Shown: one piece after another, positions 29,075-40,452 of the stretch | Position numbering within the stretch: the first letter of the stretch is position 1 | How the letters are laid out: each line of letters begins with the position of its first letter | Source of the DNA: Candidatus Babeliales bacterium | GTDB taxonomy: Bacteria; Babelota; Babeliae; Babelales; JACPOV01 | NCBI GenBank assembly: GCA_050250855.1 | Contig: JBFWNW010000001.1 | Coordinates: 192,001-256,000 of the forward strand | Length of the DNA: 64,000 bases | Reading direction: 5' to 3' | Program-made: the position numbers and the translations under genes | Notes under the pieces: model-generated | The model's database searches: none | The model's input: the letters and a program-made list of their open reading frames with translations, nothing else | What the model was told of the DNA's origin: nothing

Positions 29075-30166
29075 TTAACAAAAGAGTCTAAAAATATCTT
29101 TAACCGTTAAAAACAATGCTAATCCCATAACAGCTATCCAACAGGCATAGTGGATGTATAGCTTAACCTGTTCTGGTAATGGTCTTCGAATAAGTGCTTC
29201 GATAGTATAAAAAAGAGCTTGTCCACCATCCATGATAGGAACAGGGATAATATTAAGAACTGCTAGGTTAATACTGATATAAGCGAGCAATAATAAGAAG
29301 ATCTTAAACCCTTTGGAAGCGCTTTTTATGGTTTGAGAAATGACCATGATAGGACCGCCAAGGTTTTTTGTGTCCTTTTTAACAAACATGTTTTTAAAGA
29401 CGAGAATCGTTTGCCAAATAATCTCATGAGTTCCTTGTACGCCAAGTTTTATCGATTCGGCTAGGCCATACTGGGGAATAATAAAATCGAGCCCTAGATA
29501 CCCTTCTTTTTCTCCATTAGGCAAGGTTCTTTCGCCGATAGTTACGGGTAATGTTTGTTCTTGATCATCATGAAGGATTGTTAGAATTACTTGTTGGCCG
29601 GGTTTTTTTCGGATAGTATTAAGAAGCTCTAAAGTATTATTGCTTACGCTGAGTCCATCTATTTTTAAAATAGCATCGGAAGATTGCAATCCAGCTTGCT
29701 GAGCGGGAGAGCCAGCTTCAACCATGCTTACTTGAGTACTTGCGTTGCCAGGGTACAAAGGTGGAAGCTTTGGCATACCAAAAAAATAAAGGGAGGAAAT
29801 GGCTACGTAAGCAAAGAGTACATTGAAAACAATGCCGCCAGCAATGACGAGCATTTTTTGATAATAAGGTTTTTGAGTAAAAGAGTATGTATTACCTGCT
29901 TCGTCTTGGTTTTCTCCCTGCCCTTGGATTTCAACGTAGCCACCCAAAGGTAATGCAGAGAGGGTAAAATTGGTTTGACCGATTTTTTTACTGAAGATTT
30001 TGGGTCCCATTCCTATAGAAAAGGTAGGGGTAGCTATTTTGAATAGTTTACAAAAAATAAAATGGCCGAATTCATGAAATCCTATCAAGAATCCTATACC
30101 TGCTATTCCCAGGAAAATATAAAATCCTTGAGCTACGAGGTTTACGACCAAAGAAATAAGTGCCAT
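29075..30166 (-). CDS. rseP: site-2 protease RseP (M50, PDZ)
   Basis: HEFGH, FSIGMGP, LPLGGYV, PDZ (GSPAQQAGL), NIIPVPIMDGG. Confidence 0.93.
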   Translation of the reverse strand: MALISLVVNLVAQGFYIFLGIAGIGFLIGFHEFGHFIFCKLFKIATPTFSIGMGPKIFSKKIGQTNFTLSALPLGGYVEIQGQGENQDEAGNTYSFTQKPYYQKMLVIAGGIVFNVLFAYVAISSLYFFGMPKLPPLYPGNASTQVSMVEAGSPAQQAGLQSSDAILKIDGLSVSNNTLELLNTIRKKPGQQVILTILHDDQEQTLPVTIGERTLPNGEKEGYLGLDFIIPQYGLAESIKLGVQGTHEIIWQTILVFKNMFVKKDTKNLGGPIMVISQTIKSASKGFKIFLLLLAYISINLAVLNIIPVPIMDGGQALFYTIEALIRRPLPEQVKLYIHYACWIAVMGLALFLTVKDIFRLFC

Positions 30167-30448
30167 AGATGTCTCCCTGCCTGATGGCCATTGAACTGTT
30201 TTTACTCTGAATTTTTATAACATTAGCATGGATCTTTTCTTGCGTCTATGTAAAAAACTTATTTTTTATACTATTAAGTGCGGTTTAGCTTGAAAAAGTT
30301 GCTAAAAAGATTAAACTACTATTAAACCCTTAAAATTTTCAAAGGTTTTCATTTTTTTATTAGAAATAAAGGAAATTAAGGCACAGGTTTGAAGTGTCTT
30401 AATTTGGGTTTTTCGTTTAACGATATAACTATTTAGGAATTATTGATT

Positions 30449-30823
30449 ATGCCTACAACTAATCAGCTCTCTCGTAAGGCCCGTACAAAGGTTACTTACA
30501 AGTCAAAAAGTGCAGCCCTTAAGGGTGCGCCACAGGCTCGTGGTGTATGTACTCGTGTTTTTACTACTACACCTAAAAAGCCAAACTCAGCTCTTCGTAA
30601 GGTTGCGCGTGTAAAACTTTCAACAGGCTACGAAGTCACAGCGTATATTCCTGGTGAAGGACATAATTTGCAGGAGCACTCTGTTGTTCTTGTTCGTGGT
30701 GGTAGAGTTCCTGATTTGCCAGGTGTAAAATATCATATAGTTCGCGGAACACTTGACTGTGCTGGTGTTCAAAATAGAAGACAGGCTCGTTCACTCTATG
30801 GGGCTAAGCGTCCTAAGTCCTAA
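30449..30823 (+). CDS. rpsL: 30S ribosomal protein S12
   Basis: [27 protein letters not shown]. Confidence 0.98.
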   Translation: MPTTNQLSRKARTKVTYKSKSAALKGAPQARGVCTRVFTTTPKKPNSALRKVARVKLSTGYEVTAYIPGEGHNLQEHSVVLVRGGRVPDLPGVKYHIVRGTLDCAGVQNRRQARSLYGAKRPKS

Positions 30824-30845
30824 ATATTAACGGAAGGTACAATTA

Positions 30846-31328
30846 ATGGCACGACGCAAAAAAGTTGCGACATATCGACGCACAATTGGAGGCGATGAGC
30901 GCTATGGTTCAGAGCTCATTCAAAAATTTATTAATGTAGTTATGTGGCGAGGAAAGAAAAGCGTTGCACGTACAATAGTTTACGATGCAATAGATCAATT
31001 GATAAAAAAAGCTGGCGACAAGGATAAAGGATTAAAGCTCTTTCAAGAGGCTTTTAATCAAGTAGTTCCCGCTGTTGAAGTTCGTCCTCGTCGTGTTGGT
31101 GGTAGTGTTTATCAAATTCCTATGGAAGTTGAATCTAACAGAGCACAATCTTTAGCAATGCGTTGGCTTATTCAAGCTGCGTCATCTCGTTCAGATAAAA
31201 CGATGGGTGTTCGCTTGGCTTATGAATTGCTTGATGCGCGTGAAGGCCGTGGAAGTGCTGTTAAGAAAAAAATTGATGTACATAAAATGGCAGAAGCAAA
31301 CCGTGCCTTCTCTCATTATGCGTGGTAG
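30846..31328 (+). CDS. rpsG: 30S ribosomal protein S7
   Basis: RRVGGSVYQIP, HKMAEANRAFSHY. Confidence 0.98.
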   Translation: MARRKKVATYRRTIGGDERYGSELIQKFINVVMWRGKKSVARTIVYDAIDQLIKKAGDKDKGLKLFQEAFNQVVPAVEVRPRRVGGSVYQIPMEVESNRAQSLAMRWLIQAASSRSDKTMGVRLAYELLDAREGRGSAVKKKIDVHKMAEANRAFSHYAW

Positions 31329-31350
31329 TCGAATTTCAAAGGTGTATTAA

Positions 31351-33420
31351 ATGAGTAAAAAATTATCTCATTATAGAAATATAGGTATAGCCGCTCATAT
31401 TGATGCTGGTAAAACGACAGTTACTGAGCGTATTTTGTTTTATACTGGTGTTAGCCACAAAATTGGTGAAGTTCATGAGGGCGAAGCTGTCATGGACTGG
31501 ATGGAGCAAGAACGTGAACGTGGTATTACCATTACTTCTGCCGCTACAACGTGTTCGTGGAAAGATTATAATATTAACATTATCGATACGCCGGGCCACG
31601 TTGACTTTACTATAGAAGTAGGGCGATCGCTGCGTGTTTTAGACGGCATGATCGGCGTGTTTTGTGGTGTTGCTGGTGTTCAACCACAATCGGAAACGGT
31701 GTGGCGCCAAGCAAATCGCTACAAGGTCCCACGTATCATTTTTGTAAATAAGCTTGATCGTATAGGTGCTGATTTTGCACGAGTTGTTGATGATGTTAAC
31801 AATAAGCTTGGTGTAAATGCTATACCAATGCAAATTCAGGTTGGAAAATCTGATGAATTTAGCGGCATCATTGATGTTTTGACAAAAAAGATGGCGACTT
31901 TTAGTGATGATCAAGGCATTACTATTACCTGGCAAGATGTTCCAGCTGAATATGTTGGTCAGGTTGAAAAGCTTTACCTTAGAATTCTTGAAGCTGCCTG
32001 TGATTTCGATGATGCTCTAGCTGAAAAATTTTTGAATGAAGAGCCGATAGCGGTAGAAGAAATAAAAACTGCTTTACGTAAGGGCGTTCTTGATATGAAA
32101 GTTGTGCCATCTTTTTGTGGTACTGCTTTCAAAAATAAAGGAGTTCAGCTTGTTCTTGATGCAGTTGTAGATTATCTTCCTTCTCCTTTGGATGTTCCTC
32201 CTGTTGTTGGACAGGATCCTTCAACTGGTGCTGAGATTATAAGAAAAGCAGATCCTAACGAGCCTTTTGCTGCATTAGCATTTAAGATTATGACAGATCC
32301 GTATGTTGGTGTTTTAACGTTTTTGCGTGTTTACTCTGGCCAGCTTAAATCTGGTTCTTATGTGTTGAATGCAAGTAACGGTAAAAAAGAGCGTGTTAGC
32401 CGTCTTGTAAAAATGCATGCAAATAAGCGAGAAGAGATTGATGAGGTAAGTGCAGGTGATATTTGTGCTGCAGTAGGTGTGAAGGATGCTATCACAGGAA
32501 ATACTCTATGTGATGAAGGTCATCCTATTATTCTTGAATCTATTGACGTACCACCTCCCGTTATTTCTGCTTCTATTGAGCCAAAAAATAAAGCTGACTA
32601 TGAAAAAATGACATTAGCATTACGTAAAATGATGCTTGAAGATCCGTCATTTAAATTCTCATATGATACTGAAACTGGTCAAACAGTAATTCAGGGAATG
32701 GGAGAGCTGCATCTTGAAATTGTGGTGGATCGTTTAAAGCGTGAGCACAAAGTAGAGGTAGTTCAAGGAAAACTTCAAGTTGCTTATAGAGAAACTATTC
32801 AAAAACCTGCTGAAGCTGAAGGTAAATACATTAAGCAAACAGGTGGTAAAGGTCAGTATGGGCACGTTTGGTTGAAAGTAGAGCCTTTAGAGCGAGGATC
32901 CGAATTTATATTTGAGGATGCTGTTGTTGGGGGTTCTGTACCAAGAGAATTTGTTCCTGCTGTAGAAAAGGGTCTTAAAGAAGCATTACCTTCTGGTATT
33001 TTGGGTGGATATCCTATTGTAGATATTAAAGCAACCTTATATGATGGTTCTTATCACGATGTGGATTCTTCTGAATTAGCATTTAAAGTAGCAGCTTCTA
33101 TGGCATTTAAAGCTGCGATGGCGAAAGCTTCTCCTGTGCTGCTTGAACCTATAATGAAGGTTGAAGTAGAAACTCCAGATGAATATCTTGGTGACGTAAT
33201 GGGTGACTTGAACTCACGACGCGGTAGAATTTCTGGTATGGATGTAAAAGAGGGAACTCAGTTTATATCAGCAGAGGTTCCTTTGGCGGAAATGTTGGGG
33301 TATGCCACAAATTTACGCTCAATGACTAAAGGTCGAGCTGGATATTCTATGGAATTTGAGTGTTATCGCGAAGTTCCACAGAGTGTACAAAATGCAATTG
33401 TAGAGAAAAAGAGTAAATAG
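31351..33420 (+). CDS. fusA: elongation factor G
   Basis: [30 protein letters not shown]. Confidence 0.98.
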   Translation: MSKKLSHYRNIGIAAHIDAGKTTVTERILFYTGVSHKIGEVHEGEAVMDWMEQERERGITITSAATTCSWKDYNINIIDTPGHVDFTIEVGRSLRVLDGMIGVFCGVAGVQPQSETVWRQANRYKVPRIIFVNKLDRIGADFARVVDDVNNKLGVNAIPMQIQVGKSDEFSGIIDVLTKKMATFSDDQGITITWQDVPAEYVGQVEKLYLRILEAACDFDDALAEKFLNEEPIAVEEIKTALRKGVLDMKVVPSFCGTAFKNKGVQLVLDAVVDYLPSPLDVPPVVGQDPSTGAEIIRKADPNEPFAALAFKIMTDPYVGVLTFLRVYSGQLKSGSYVLNASNGKKERVSRLVKMHANKREEIDEVSAGDICAAVGVKDAITGNTLCDEGHPIILESIDVPPPVISASIEPKNKADYEKMTLALRKMMLEDPSFKFSYDTETGQTVIQGMGELHLEIVVDRLKREHKVEVVQGKLQVAYRETIQKPAEAEGKYIKQTGGKGQYGHVWLKVEPLERGSEFIFEDAVVGGSVPREFVPAVEKGLKEALPSGILGGYPIVDIKATLYDGSYHDVDSSELAFKVAASMAFKAAMAKASPVLLEPIMKVEVETPDEYLGDVMGDLNSRRGRISGMDVKEGTQFISAEVPLAEMLGYATNLRSMTKGRAGYSMEFECYREVPQSVQNAIVEKKSK

Positions 33421-33461
33421 TTGGATTAATTAATTAAATAATAGTTTTTGGGAGTCCATTC

Positions 33462-34652
33462 ATGGCAAAAGAACAATTTCAGCGAAAAAAACCGCATGTT
33501 AATGTCGGTACTATTGGTCACGTTGACCACGGTAAAACAACGTTAACCGCTGCAATAACAAAGCACCAAGCTTCTAAAGGTTTGGCATCAGCTAAAGCAT
33601 TTGATGAAATTGATAATGCACCAGAAGAAAAAGCACGTGGTATTACTATTGCTACATCTCACGTAGAGTATGAGTCTCCTAAGCGTCACTTTGCTCACGT
33701 AGACTGCCCTGGTCACGCTGACTATGTAAAAAATATGATTACTGGTGCTGCTCAGATGGATGGTGCAATTTTGGTTGTATCAGCTGCTGATGGTGCTATG
33801 CCTCAGACTCGTGAACACATTCTCTTGGCACGCAACGTAGGTGTTCCTGCGATTGTTGTGTTCTTGAACAAATGTGACATGGTCGATGACCCAGAAATGA
33901 TCGACATGGTAGAAGAAGAAGTTAGAGAATTATTGACCAAATATGATTTTCCTGGTGATAAGGTTCCTTTTATAAGAGGATCAGCTGTTAAAGCTCTTCA
34001 AGGTGAAAATTCTGAGTTAGGCGGTCAAGCAATTGACAAATTAATGGAAGCTTTAGATAACTACATTCCTGAGCCGGCTCGTGAAATTGATAAACCATTC
34101 TTGATGCCTGTTGAACAAGTATTTTCGATTTCTGGTCGTGGTACTGTAGCAACTGGTCGTATTGAGCGTGGTAAAGTTAAAGTTGGTGATGAAGTTGAAA
34201 TTATTGGTTTCGGAACCAAAATGAAAACAACAGTTACTGGCGTTGAAATGTTTAAAAAAGAAATGACTGATGGTCAAGCTGGTGAAAACGTTGGCTTGCT
34301 TCTTCGTGGTGTGAAAAAAGAAGATGTAGAGCGCGGCATGGTTGTTGTTGCTCCTGGTTCTATTACGCCACACAAAAAGTTTAAGTGTCAAGTATACGTG
34401 TTGAGTAAAGATGAAGGTGGAAGACATAGTCCATTCTTCAATGGTTACAGACCACAGTTCTATTTTAGAACAACAGACGTTACTGGTATTGTAACATTGC
34501 CTGCTGGTCGAGAAATGGTTATGCCTGGTGACAACGTTGTATTAGACGTTGACTTGATTTCACCAATTGCGATGGAAAAAGATCTTCGTTTTTCTATTCG
34601 TGAAGGTGGCAGAACTGTTGGATCTGGTGTTGTAACTGAAATTTTAGAATAA
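33462..34652 (+). CDS. tuf: elongation factor Tu
   Basis: [21 protein letters not shown]. Confidence 0.99.
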   Translation: MAKEQFQRKKPHVNVGTIGHVDHGKTTLTAAITKHQASKGLASAKAFDEIDNAPEEKARGITIATSHVEYESPKRHFAHVDCPGHADYVKNMITGAAQMDGAILVVSAADGAMPQTREHILLARNVGVPAIVVFLNKCDMVDDPEMIDMVEEEVRELLTKYDFPGDKVPFIRGSAVKALQGENSELGGQAIDKLMEALDNYIPEPAREIDKPFLMPVEQVFSISGRGTVATGRIERGKVKVGDEVEIIGFGTKMKTTVTGVEMFKKEMTDGQAGENVGLLLRGVKKEDVERGMVVVAPGSITPHKKFKCQVYVLSKDEGGRHSPFFNGYRPQFYFRTTDVTGIVTLPAGREMVMPGDNVVLDVDLISPIAMEKDLRFSIREGGRTVGSGVVTEILE

Positions 34653-34669
34653 GGTTTAGGACAGGTTTT

Positions 34670-34975
34670 ATGAAAAAGCAAAAAATTCGCTTATCATTAA
34701 AATCCTATGATCATCAGTTGCTCGATAAAGCAGTAAAACAAATTGTTTTGACAGCAAAAAGAACAGGCTCTGAAATAGTTGGGCCTGTTCCATTGCCTAA
34801 TAAAAGACAAATTTTTACTGTTCTACGATCTCCTCATGTTGATAAGAAGTCAAGAGAACAATTTGCACTAACAACGCATAAACGTATTCTTGATATCGTT
34901 GCGCCTTCAGATCAAACAATGGACGCATTGATGAAATTAAATATTTCATCTGGGGTTGACGTAGAAATAAGTTAA
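34670..34975 (+). CDS. rpsJ: 30S ribosomal protein S10
   Basis: [19 protein letters not shown]. Confidence 0.98.
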   Translation: MKKQKIRLSLKSYDHQLLDKAVKQIVLTAKRTGSEIVGPVPLPNKRQIFTVLRSPHVDKKSREQFALTTHKRILDIVAPSDQTMDALMKLNISSGVDVEIS

Positions 34976-34990
34976 GATGAAAGGTCTAGG

Positions 34991-35614
34991 ATGCTGAAAG
35001 GTTTATGGGGAAAAAAAATTGGAATGACGCAAGTATTTTCTAAAGAAAATATTGTGGTTCCAGTTACGGTGATTGATCTTGATAATTGGTATGTAACCAA
35101 CATCAAGACCAATGAGCGTGATGGTTATTCTGCTATTCAAGTTGGTCACTTGAGAAAAAAATACAGTGATCAACCATTTTCAAAAGATTGGCTGAAGCAA
35201 CCAAAAGATTACTTTGTGTTTTTAAGAGAAATTAAATTAGAGAAAGAGCCTGAAACGCCTTTTGAAATAGGACAAGCATTAGATATAACTTCTGTTATTG
35301 AAGAGGGTAAAAATGTTGATGTCTTTGGTATAACAAAAGGTAAGGGTTTCCAAGGTGTTATCAAGCGACATGGTTTTAGAGGGGGTCCTGCGAGTCACGG
35401 TCCTCGATTTGGAAGATGGCCCGGTTCGGTTAGCTTTATGCGCTCTCAAGGTAGAGTTATTAAAGGGAAAAAATTACCTGGACACATGGGTGTTGCTAAT
35501 CGTGTAATGAAAAACTTGGAAATTATTAAGATTGAAAATGGATCAAAAATTGCCTTGGTAAAAGGCAGTGTTCCAGGAAATTCAGGATCGCTCGTATTTA
35601 TGCAGAAAGCGTAA
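34991..35614 (+). CDS. rplC: 50S ribosomal protein L3
   Basis: GKKIGMTQ, KGKGFQG, PGHMG. Confidence 0.97.
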   Translation: MLKGLWGKKIGMTQVFSKENIVVPVTVIDLDNWYVTNIKTNERDGYSAIQVGHLRKKYSDQPFSKDWLKQPKDYFVFLREIKLEKEPETPFEIGQALDITSVIEEGKNVDVFGITKGKGFQGVIKRHGFRGGPASHGPRFGRWPGSVSFMRSQGRVIKGKKLPGHMGVANRVMKNLEIIKIENGSKIALVKGSVPGNSGSLVFMQKA

Positions 35615-35617
35615 GCA

Positions 35618-36271
35618 ATGTGTGCTCGAAAAATGAATAATACAAATACTGATATAAAAGATGCTCAAGTAATGCAAGAAAAAGATTTGGCGAATATTGT
35701 CGCAAGGCGAGAAGTTTCTGCCGCATCTTTTTCAACATGGGTTCGTCAGCTTTTGCAAAATTGGCGACAAGGAACCGTGGGTTGCAAAACAAGAGCAGAA
35801 GTAAATCGTACAGGTAAAAAACCTTGGAAACAAAAAGGTACTGGTAGAGCTCGTGCTGGTACTGCTCGATCTCCATTATGGAGAGGTGGCGGTATTGTTT
35901 TTGGGCCTCAGCCTCGTACGCGTACGTTGAAAGTAACAAAAAAAGTAAAAGAAGGTGTTTTAAACACGCTTTTATGGAATGCTGTTGACGCTGGAAAAGT
36001 TGTTACCTTGAATTGGAAGCTTGATGCTGCCAAACCAAAAACAGCATTAGCTCAACAAGTACTAAAGCAGGCAGGTCTTGATATTGTTAAGGTTTGTTTG
36101 TTGTTGCCGGCTGATGACTTTTTGCATTTTGCTTCATTTGGAAATATACCTAATGTTAGAGTTGTTCCTTTTGATGCGGTAAATGCTTATGATCTAGCTT
36201 TGGCAGATAAATGGGTTGTTTTGGAAAAAGATTTAGACGTCTTTAAGGATATGGTGAGTGCATGGCATTAA
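35618..36271 (+). CDS. rplD: 50S ribosomal protein L4
   Basis: [30 protein letters not shown]; start may be 35633. Confidence 0.96.
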   Translation: MCARKMNNTNTDIKDAQVMQEKDLANIVARREVSAASFSTWVRQLLQNWRQGTVGCKTRAEVNRTGKKPWKQKGTGRARAGTARSPLWRGGGIVFGPQPRTRTLKVTKKVKEGVLNTLLWNAVDAGKVVTLNWKLDAAKPKTALAQQVLKQAGLDIVKVCLLLPADDFLHFASFGNIPNVRVVPFDAVNAYDLALADKWVVLEKDLDVFKDMVSAWH

Positions 36272-36600
36272 CAATTTATGATATTATTCAGGGACCCATT
36301 ATTACCGAAAAGGCTTCTGATCTAGTAAATAATTTGAATAAAGTTGTTTTAAAAGTACATAACAAGGCAAATAAGCCTCTGATTAAAGAAGCTCTAGAAA
36401 AACTTTTTGATGTAAAAGTTGCTGATGTTCGTGTGATGGTTCGTAAGGGAAAGACTCGTTCGTTTAAAGGAAAAACTACTGTTGCCTCTGATCAAAAACG
36501 AGCAATTATTACTTTGAAACCTGGATACTCGCTTAACATGACAGAAACTCCTGGAGCAGCTGCTACGGAAGTCGTAGAGCGTCCAGAGGCAAAAAACTAA
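36262..36600 (+). CDS. rplW: 50S ribosomal protein L23
   Basis: PIITEKA, KRAIITL; acidic C-terminal tail. Confidence 0.95.
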   Translation: MALTIYDIIQGPIITEKASDLVNNLNKVVLKVHNKANKPLIKEALEKLFDVKVADVRVMVRKGKTRSFKGKTTVASDQKRAIITLKPGYSLNMTETPGAAATEVVERPEAKN

Positions 36601-36617
36601 GTAAGAAAGAATAAGAA

Positions 36618-37436
36618 ATGGCAATACGGACAAGAAAACCACGAAACGCATCATTACGATTTCAGACCTTTTTAATATCTGATGATATTACTACAACAAC
36701 ACCAGAAAAATCATTAGTTGTTGGGTTAAAAAAACAAGGCGGTAGAAATACGTACGGAAGAATAACTGTTCGCCATAGAGGCGGTGGTGCTGCTCGTAAA
36801 TATCGAATTGTTGATTTTAAAAGAGATATTCATGATGTTCCAGGTAAATTAACAACTATTGAATATGATCCTAATAGAAATGTTCGTATAGGGTTGGTTA
36901 CTTATGCAAATGGAGCAAAGCGTTATGTTTTGATACCAGAGGGACTTAATGTAGGCAACATTATATTTGCAGGCGAATCTGTCGAGCCTAAAATTGGTAA
37001 TGCTCTGCCATTGAAAGCCATACCTGTTGGTTTTATGGTTCATAATATAGAAATTAAGCCGGGATCTGGTGGGAAGCTTGTTCGTAGTGCTGGAAGTTCT
37101 GCCCAAGTTATGGCTAAAGAAGGTGAAAATGTAACCTTAAAAATGCCTTCTGGTGAAATTAGAATGGTTAATCAAAACTGTTGGGCGACAGTGGGAACTT
37201 TGGGTATGGCTGAGTACAAAAACTTGATTATTGGAAAAGCTGGACGCACACGTCATCTAGGCATTAGACCAACAGTGCGAGGTATGGCTATGAACCCTGT
37301 TGACCATCCACATGGTGGTGGTGAAGGTCGTTCGAAATCTGGTTCTCATCCTGTATCTCCATGGGGTAAAGGTGCTAAGGGAACTAGAACTCGTACAAGA
37401 AAAAATCCATTGATTATTAGAAGAAGAAAGAAATAA
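36618..37436 (+). CDS. rplB: 50S ribosomal protein L2
   Basis: IEYDPNR, RGMAMNPVDHPHGGGEG. Confidence 0.98.
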   Translation: MAIRTRKPRNASLRFQTFLISDDITTTTPEKSLVVGLKKQGGRNTYGRITVRHRGGGAARKYRIVDFKRDIHDVPGKLTTIEYDPNRNVRIGLVTYANGAKRYVLIPEGLNVGNIIFAGESVEPKIGNALPLKAIPVGFMVHNIEIKPGSGGKLVRSAGSSAQVMAKEGENVTLKMPSGEIRMVNQNCWATVGTLGMAEYKNLIIGKAGRTRHLGIRPTVRGMAMNPVDHPHGGGEGRSKSGSHPVSPWGKGAKGTRTRTRKNPLIIRRRKK

Positions 37437-37461
37437 CTGTTAGGCAAGAAGTGAATATATT

Positions 37462-37743
37462 ATGACTAGATCGGTAAAAAAGGGACCTTTCGTTGACGAA
37501 TCCCTTATGAACAAAGTTGAGAAATTAAAATCGAGTGGTAAGCGTGATGTGATAAAGACATGGTCACGCAGAAGCATGGTTATTCCTGATTTTGTTGGAT
37601 TAACTATTGCTGTTCATAATGGAAAGAAATTTGTACCTGTTTTTATTACTGAAAACATGGTGGGGCATTATTTGGGAGAGTTTGCTCCAACACGAACGTT
37701 TAAAATGCACAGTGGCCAACGTAAAGCTGTAGTTGCCGGGTAA
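37462..37743 (+). CDS. rpsS: 30S ribosomal protein S19
   Basis: KTWSRRS, VHNG, GEFAPTR. Confidence 0.98.
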   Translation: MTRSVKKGPFVDESLMNKVEKLKSSGKRDVIKTWSRRSMVIPDFVGLTIAVHNGKKFVPVFITENMVGHYLGEFAPTRTFKMHSGQRKAVVAG

Positions 37744-37839
37744 TATAAAATTAGGTATATTAGTATAATAGGCAAAAAAGCCCTTGTACTGCTATAGATA
37801 AGATAATTTGCAAAAATTTTTTTTGCATAGAGGAATAAA

Positions 37840-38184
37840 ATGCAGTTTGTTGCAAAATCAAAATTTGTACGAAAATCACCGTATAAAATAAGGCCTTTGG
37901 CTGACTTTATACGAGGAAAAAATGTTAAAACAGCTATAGATTGGCTTTATGCCAATGAGACACAGCGAGTTACTCCCCTTAAAAAAGTGCTTGAGTCAGC
38001 TGTTGCTAATGCAAAAAATTTAAAAAATGCTAAACCTGAAAATCTTTATATTAAAGATCTTAGGGTTGATCAAGGCCCTATTTTCCGCTATTACAAGGCT
38101 GGAGCTATGGGTCGAGCAGAGATTTTACGTAAACGTTTTAGTCATATAAGTGTGACTTTAGAAGATAAGCAGAAAGAGGTATAG
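37840..38184 (+). CDS. rplV: 50S ribosomal protein L22
   Basis: SPYK.R..AD.IRG, SAVANA, VDQGP, SHI.V. Confidence 0.96.
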   Translation: MQFVAKSKFVRKSPYKIRPLADFIRGKNVKTAIDWLYANETQRVTPLKKVLESAVANAKNLKNAKPENLYIKDLRVDQGPIFRYYKAGAMGRAEILRKRFSHISVTLEDKQKEV

Positions 38185-38185
38185 C

Positions 38186-38818
38186 GTGGGACAAAAGGTA
38201 AGCCCTGTAGGCTTTCGTGTTGGTGTTTATCGTGATTGGGATGCACACTGGTTTGCAAGAAAATCTTATGGGAAACAATTGCTTGAAGATCTTGCAGTTA
38301 GAAAATATTTAAATAAAGTTCTTGATGGTGCAGAGATAGGAAGAATTGAAATAGAAAAAGCTGGCGATAGTGTCAAAGTTACTATTCATTCTGCTCGTCC
38401 TGGCCAAGTAATAGGAAAAAAAGGCCAAGATATTGATCAATTGAGACAGCACCTTAGCAAATTAATTGGCCGTAAAAGCATAGAAATTTCTGTGCAAGAA
38501 ATAAAGAAGCCTGAACTTGATGCTAATGTGGTTGCGCGTAATATAGCATCTCAGCTTGAAAAGCGAGCAAGCTATAAATCTGTAATGAAAAAGGCTGTTA
38601 GTGCTGCAATGAGAAGTGGTGCTAAAGGAATAAAAATTCGCTGCTCTGGCCGCTTGGGTGGAGCTGAAATTGCTCGAGAAGAGTGGGTCCGTTTTGGTGC
38701 GATTCCTTTACATACACTTAGATCTGATATTGACTATGGATTTGCTCAAGCAAAGACGACCTACGGAATAATAGGGGTAAAAGTTTGGATTTGTAAGGGT
38801 GATTATCCAGTAGTTTAA
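38186..38818 (+). CDS. rpsC: 30S ribosomal protein S3
   Basis: MGQKV.P.GFR, ARPG.VIG, SGRLGGAEIAR, PLHTLR. Confidence 0.98.
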   Translation: MGQKVSPVGFRVGVYRDWDAHWFARKSYGKQLLEDLAVRKYLNKVLDGAEIGRIEIEKAGDSVKVTIHSARPGQVIGKKGQDIDQLRQHLSKLIGRKSIEISVQEIKKPELDANVVARNIASQLEKRASYKSVMKKAVSAAMRSGAKGIKIRCSGRLGGAEIAREEWVRFGAIPLHTLRSDIDYGFAQAKTTYGIIGVKVWICKGDYPVV

Positions 38819-38845
38819 AAATTAGTGAACTAAGAGAGAATTATT

Positions 38846-39268
38846 ATGTTAATGCCAAAAAAAACTAAGTATCGCAAAACACAAAAAGGCACTATGAAGG
38901 GGCGCTCCAAAGGTGCACAAGAGGTTTTCTTTGGAGAATATGGCTTGCAAGCAGTCGAGCCTGCATGGTTAACTTCGCAACAAATTGAAGCAATGCGTGT
39001 TACCATTTCAAGAAGATTAAAAAAAACGGGTAAATTATTTTTACGTGTTTTTCCTGATAAGCCAGTTACAAAAAAACCAGCTGAAACTCGTATGGGTAAA
39101 GGTAAAGGGGCTCCTGAGAGTTGGGTTGCTGTTGTTAAACGTGGAAGAGTCATTGTTGAAATTGAGGGATTATCTGAGGCTGAAACAAAGCAAGCTTTGC
39201 AGTCAGCTGCCTATAAGTTACCTATGAAAACTAAATTTGTGGCAAGGGATCATGAGCAAAATGCGTGA
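38846..39268 (+). CDS. rplP: 50S ribosomal protein L16
   Basis: [21 protein letters not shown]. Confidence 0.98.
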   Translation: MLMPKKTKYRKTQKGTMKGRSKGAQEVFFGEYGLQAVEPAWLTSQQIEAMRVTISRRLKKTGKLFLRVFPDKPVTKKPAETRMGKGKGAPESWVAVVKRGRVIVEIEGLSEAETKQALQSAAYKLPMKTKFVARDHEQNA

Positions 39269-39449
39269 AGAATTAAAAAACATGAGTGATGTTCAATTAA
39301 AAGAAAAGATTGAAGATCTTAAGCGAGAATATTTTAGTTTGAGACTAAATGCATCTACCGCTCATATAAAAGATTATTCGCAATTTAAAAAATTACGTAA
39401 AAATATTGCTCGTATTTTTACTCAGTTAAATAGTAAAAGTCGAGACTAA
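39252..39449 (+). CDS. rpmC: 50S ribosomal protein L29
   Basis: [17 protein letters not shown]; operon position. Confidence 0.93.
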   Translation: MSKMREELKNMSDVQLKEKIEDLKREYFSLRLNASTAHIKDYSQFKKLRKNIARIFTQLNSKSRD

Positions 39450-39454
39450 AGAAC

Positions 39455-39727
39455 GTGATTAAGGATATTGCTGTGGAAGAAAAAAACATAAAACAAAAAA
39501 GCGTACTTACTGGAAAAGTTGTTTCAGATAAAATGGATAAAACTATTTTAGTGGAATATGAACGCACGTATAAAAGTGTGCTTACTAATAAAATTATGCG
39601 TTCAGTAAAAAAATACAAAGTGCATGATGAGCGTGAAGAAGCAAAAGTGGGCGATATGGTTGAATTTTTTGAAGGTCGTCCTGTTTCAAAAACAAAATAT
39701 ATGTATTTAGCGCGCGTTGTGCGTTAA
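39455..39727 (+). CDS. rpsQ: 30S ribosomal protein S17
   Basis: [22 protein letters not shown]. Confidence 0.96.
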   Translation: MIKDIAVEEKNIKQKSVLTGKVVSDKMDKTILVEYERTYKSVLTNKIMRSVKKYKVHDEREEAKVGDMVEFFEGRPVSKTKYMYLARVVR

Positions 39728-39746
39728 TTAAATGAGGTAATTGAGC

Positions 39747-40109
39747 ATGATTCAAAAGCAGACATATTTGGAAGTTGCCGATAACTCAGGAGCAAAATTA
39801 CTGCAGTGTATTCATATTGTTGGAAGCACAAGTAAAAGATTTGCATACCTTGGTGATAGAATTAAGTGCGCGGTAAAAAAAGCAATTCCAGGTGGCATGG
39901 TTAAAAAAGGTGACGTTGTTGATGCTGTTATCGTGCGTACAGCAAAAGAGAATAAACGGAATGATGGTAGCTATATTCGCTTTGGCGATAATGCTGCTGT
40001 TATCATTAAAGATAACGATATGGTTGCTACACGTATATTTGGTCCTGTAGCCCGTGAGTTAAAACAATCATTCCCTAAAGTTGTTTCATTAGCTCCTGAA
40101 GTGCTATAA
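39747..40109 (+). CDS. rplN: 50S ribosomal protein L14
   Basis: [25 protein letters not shown]. Confidence 0.98.
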   Translation: MIQKQTYLEVADNSGAKLLQCIHIVGSTSKRFAYLGDRIKCAVKKAIPGGMVKKGDVVDAVIVRTAKENKRNDGSYIRFGDNAAVIIKDNDMVATRIFGPVARELKQSFPKVVSLAPEVL

Positions 40110-40123
40110 GAGGTAATTAAAAT

Positions 40124-40435
40124 ATGGAACGTGTAAAAAAAACTGACACAGTTACCGTGGTTTCTGGTAAAGATAAAGGCAAAAGCGGTAAAGTTATTGA
40201 AATTTTGCCTAAAAAAGGTAAAGTATTGGTTAAGGGTGTTGCTCTGGTTACTAAGCATCAAAAAGCTCGTAAACAGGGTGAAGTTTCTGCTATCAAGAAG
40301 CAAGAAAGTTTTGTTGATCTCTCAAATGTTATGCCTAATTGTACTTCTTGCAAAAAACCTGTTCGCATAGGGGCAAAAGTCATTGATTCGGGCAAACGCA
40401 TAAGAGTTTGTAAAAGTTGTAATGAAAATTTTTAG
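40124..40435 (+). CDS. rplX: 50S ribosomal protein L24 (zinc-ribbon type)
   Basis: KOW GKDKGK.G; CTSC...CKSC. Confidence 0.96.
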   Translation: MERVKKTDTVTVVSGKDKGKSGKVIEILPKKGKVLVKGVALVTKHQKARKQGEVSAIKKQESFVDLSNVMPNCTSCKKPVRIGAKVIDSGKRIRVCKSCNENF

Positions 40436-40452
40436 GTCTATGAGGAATATCA

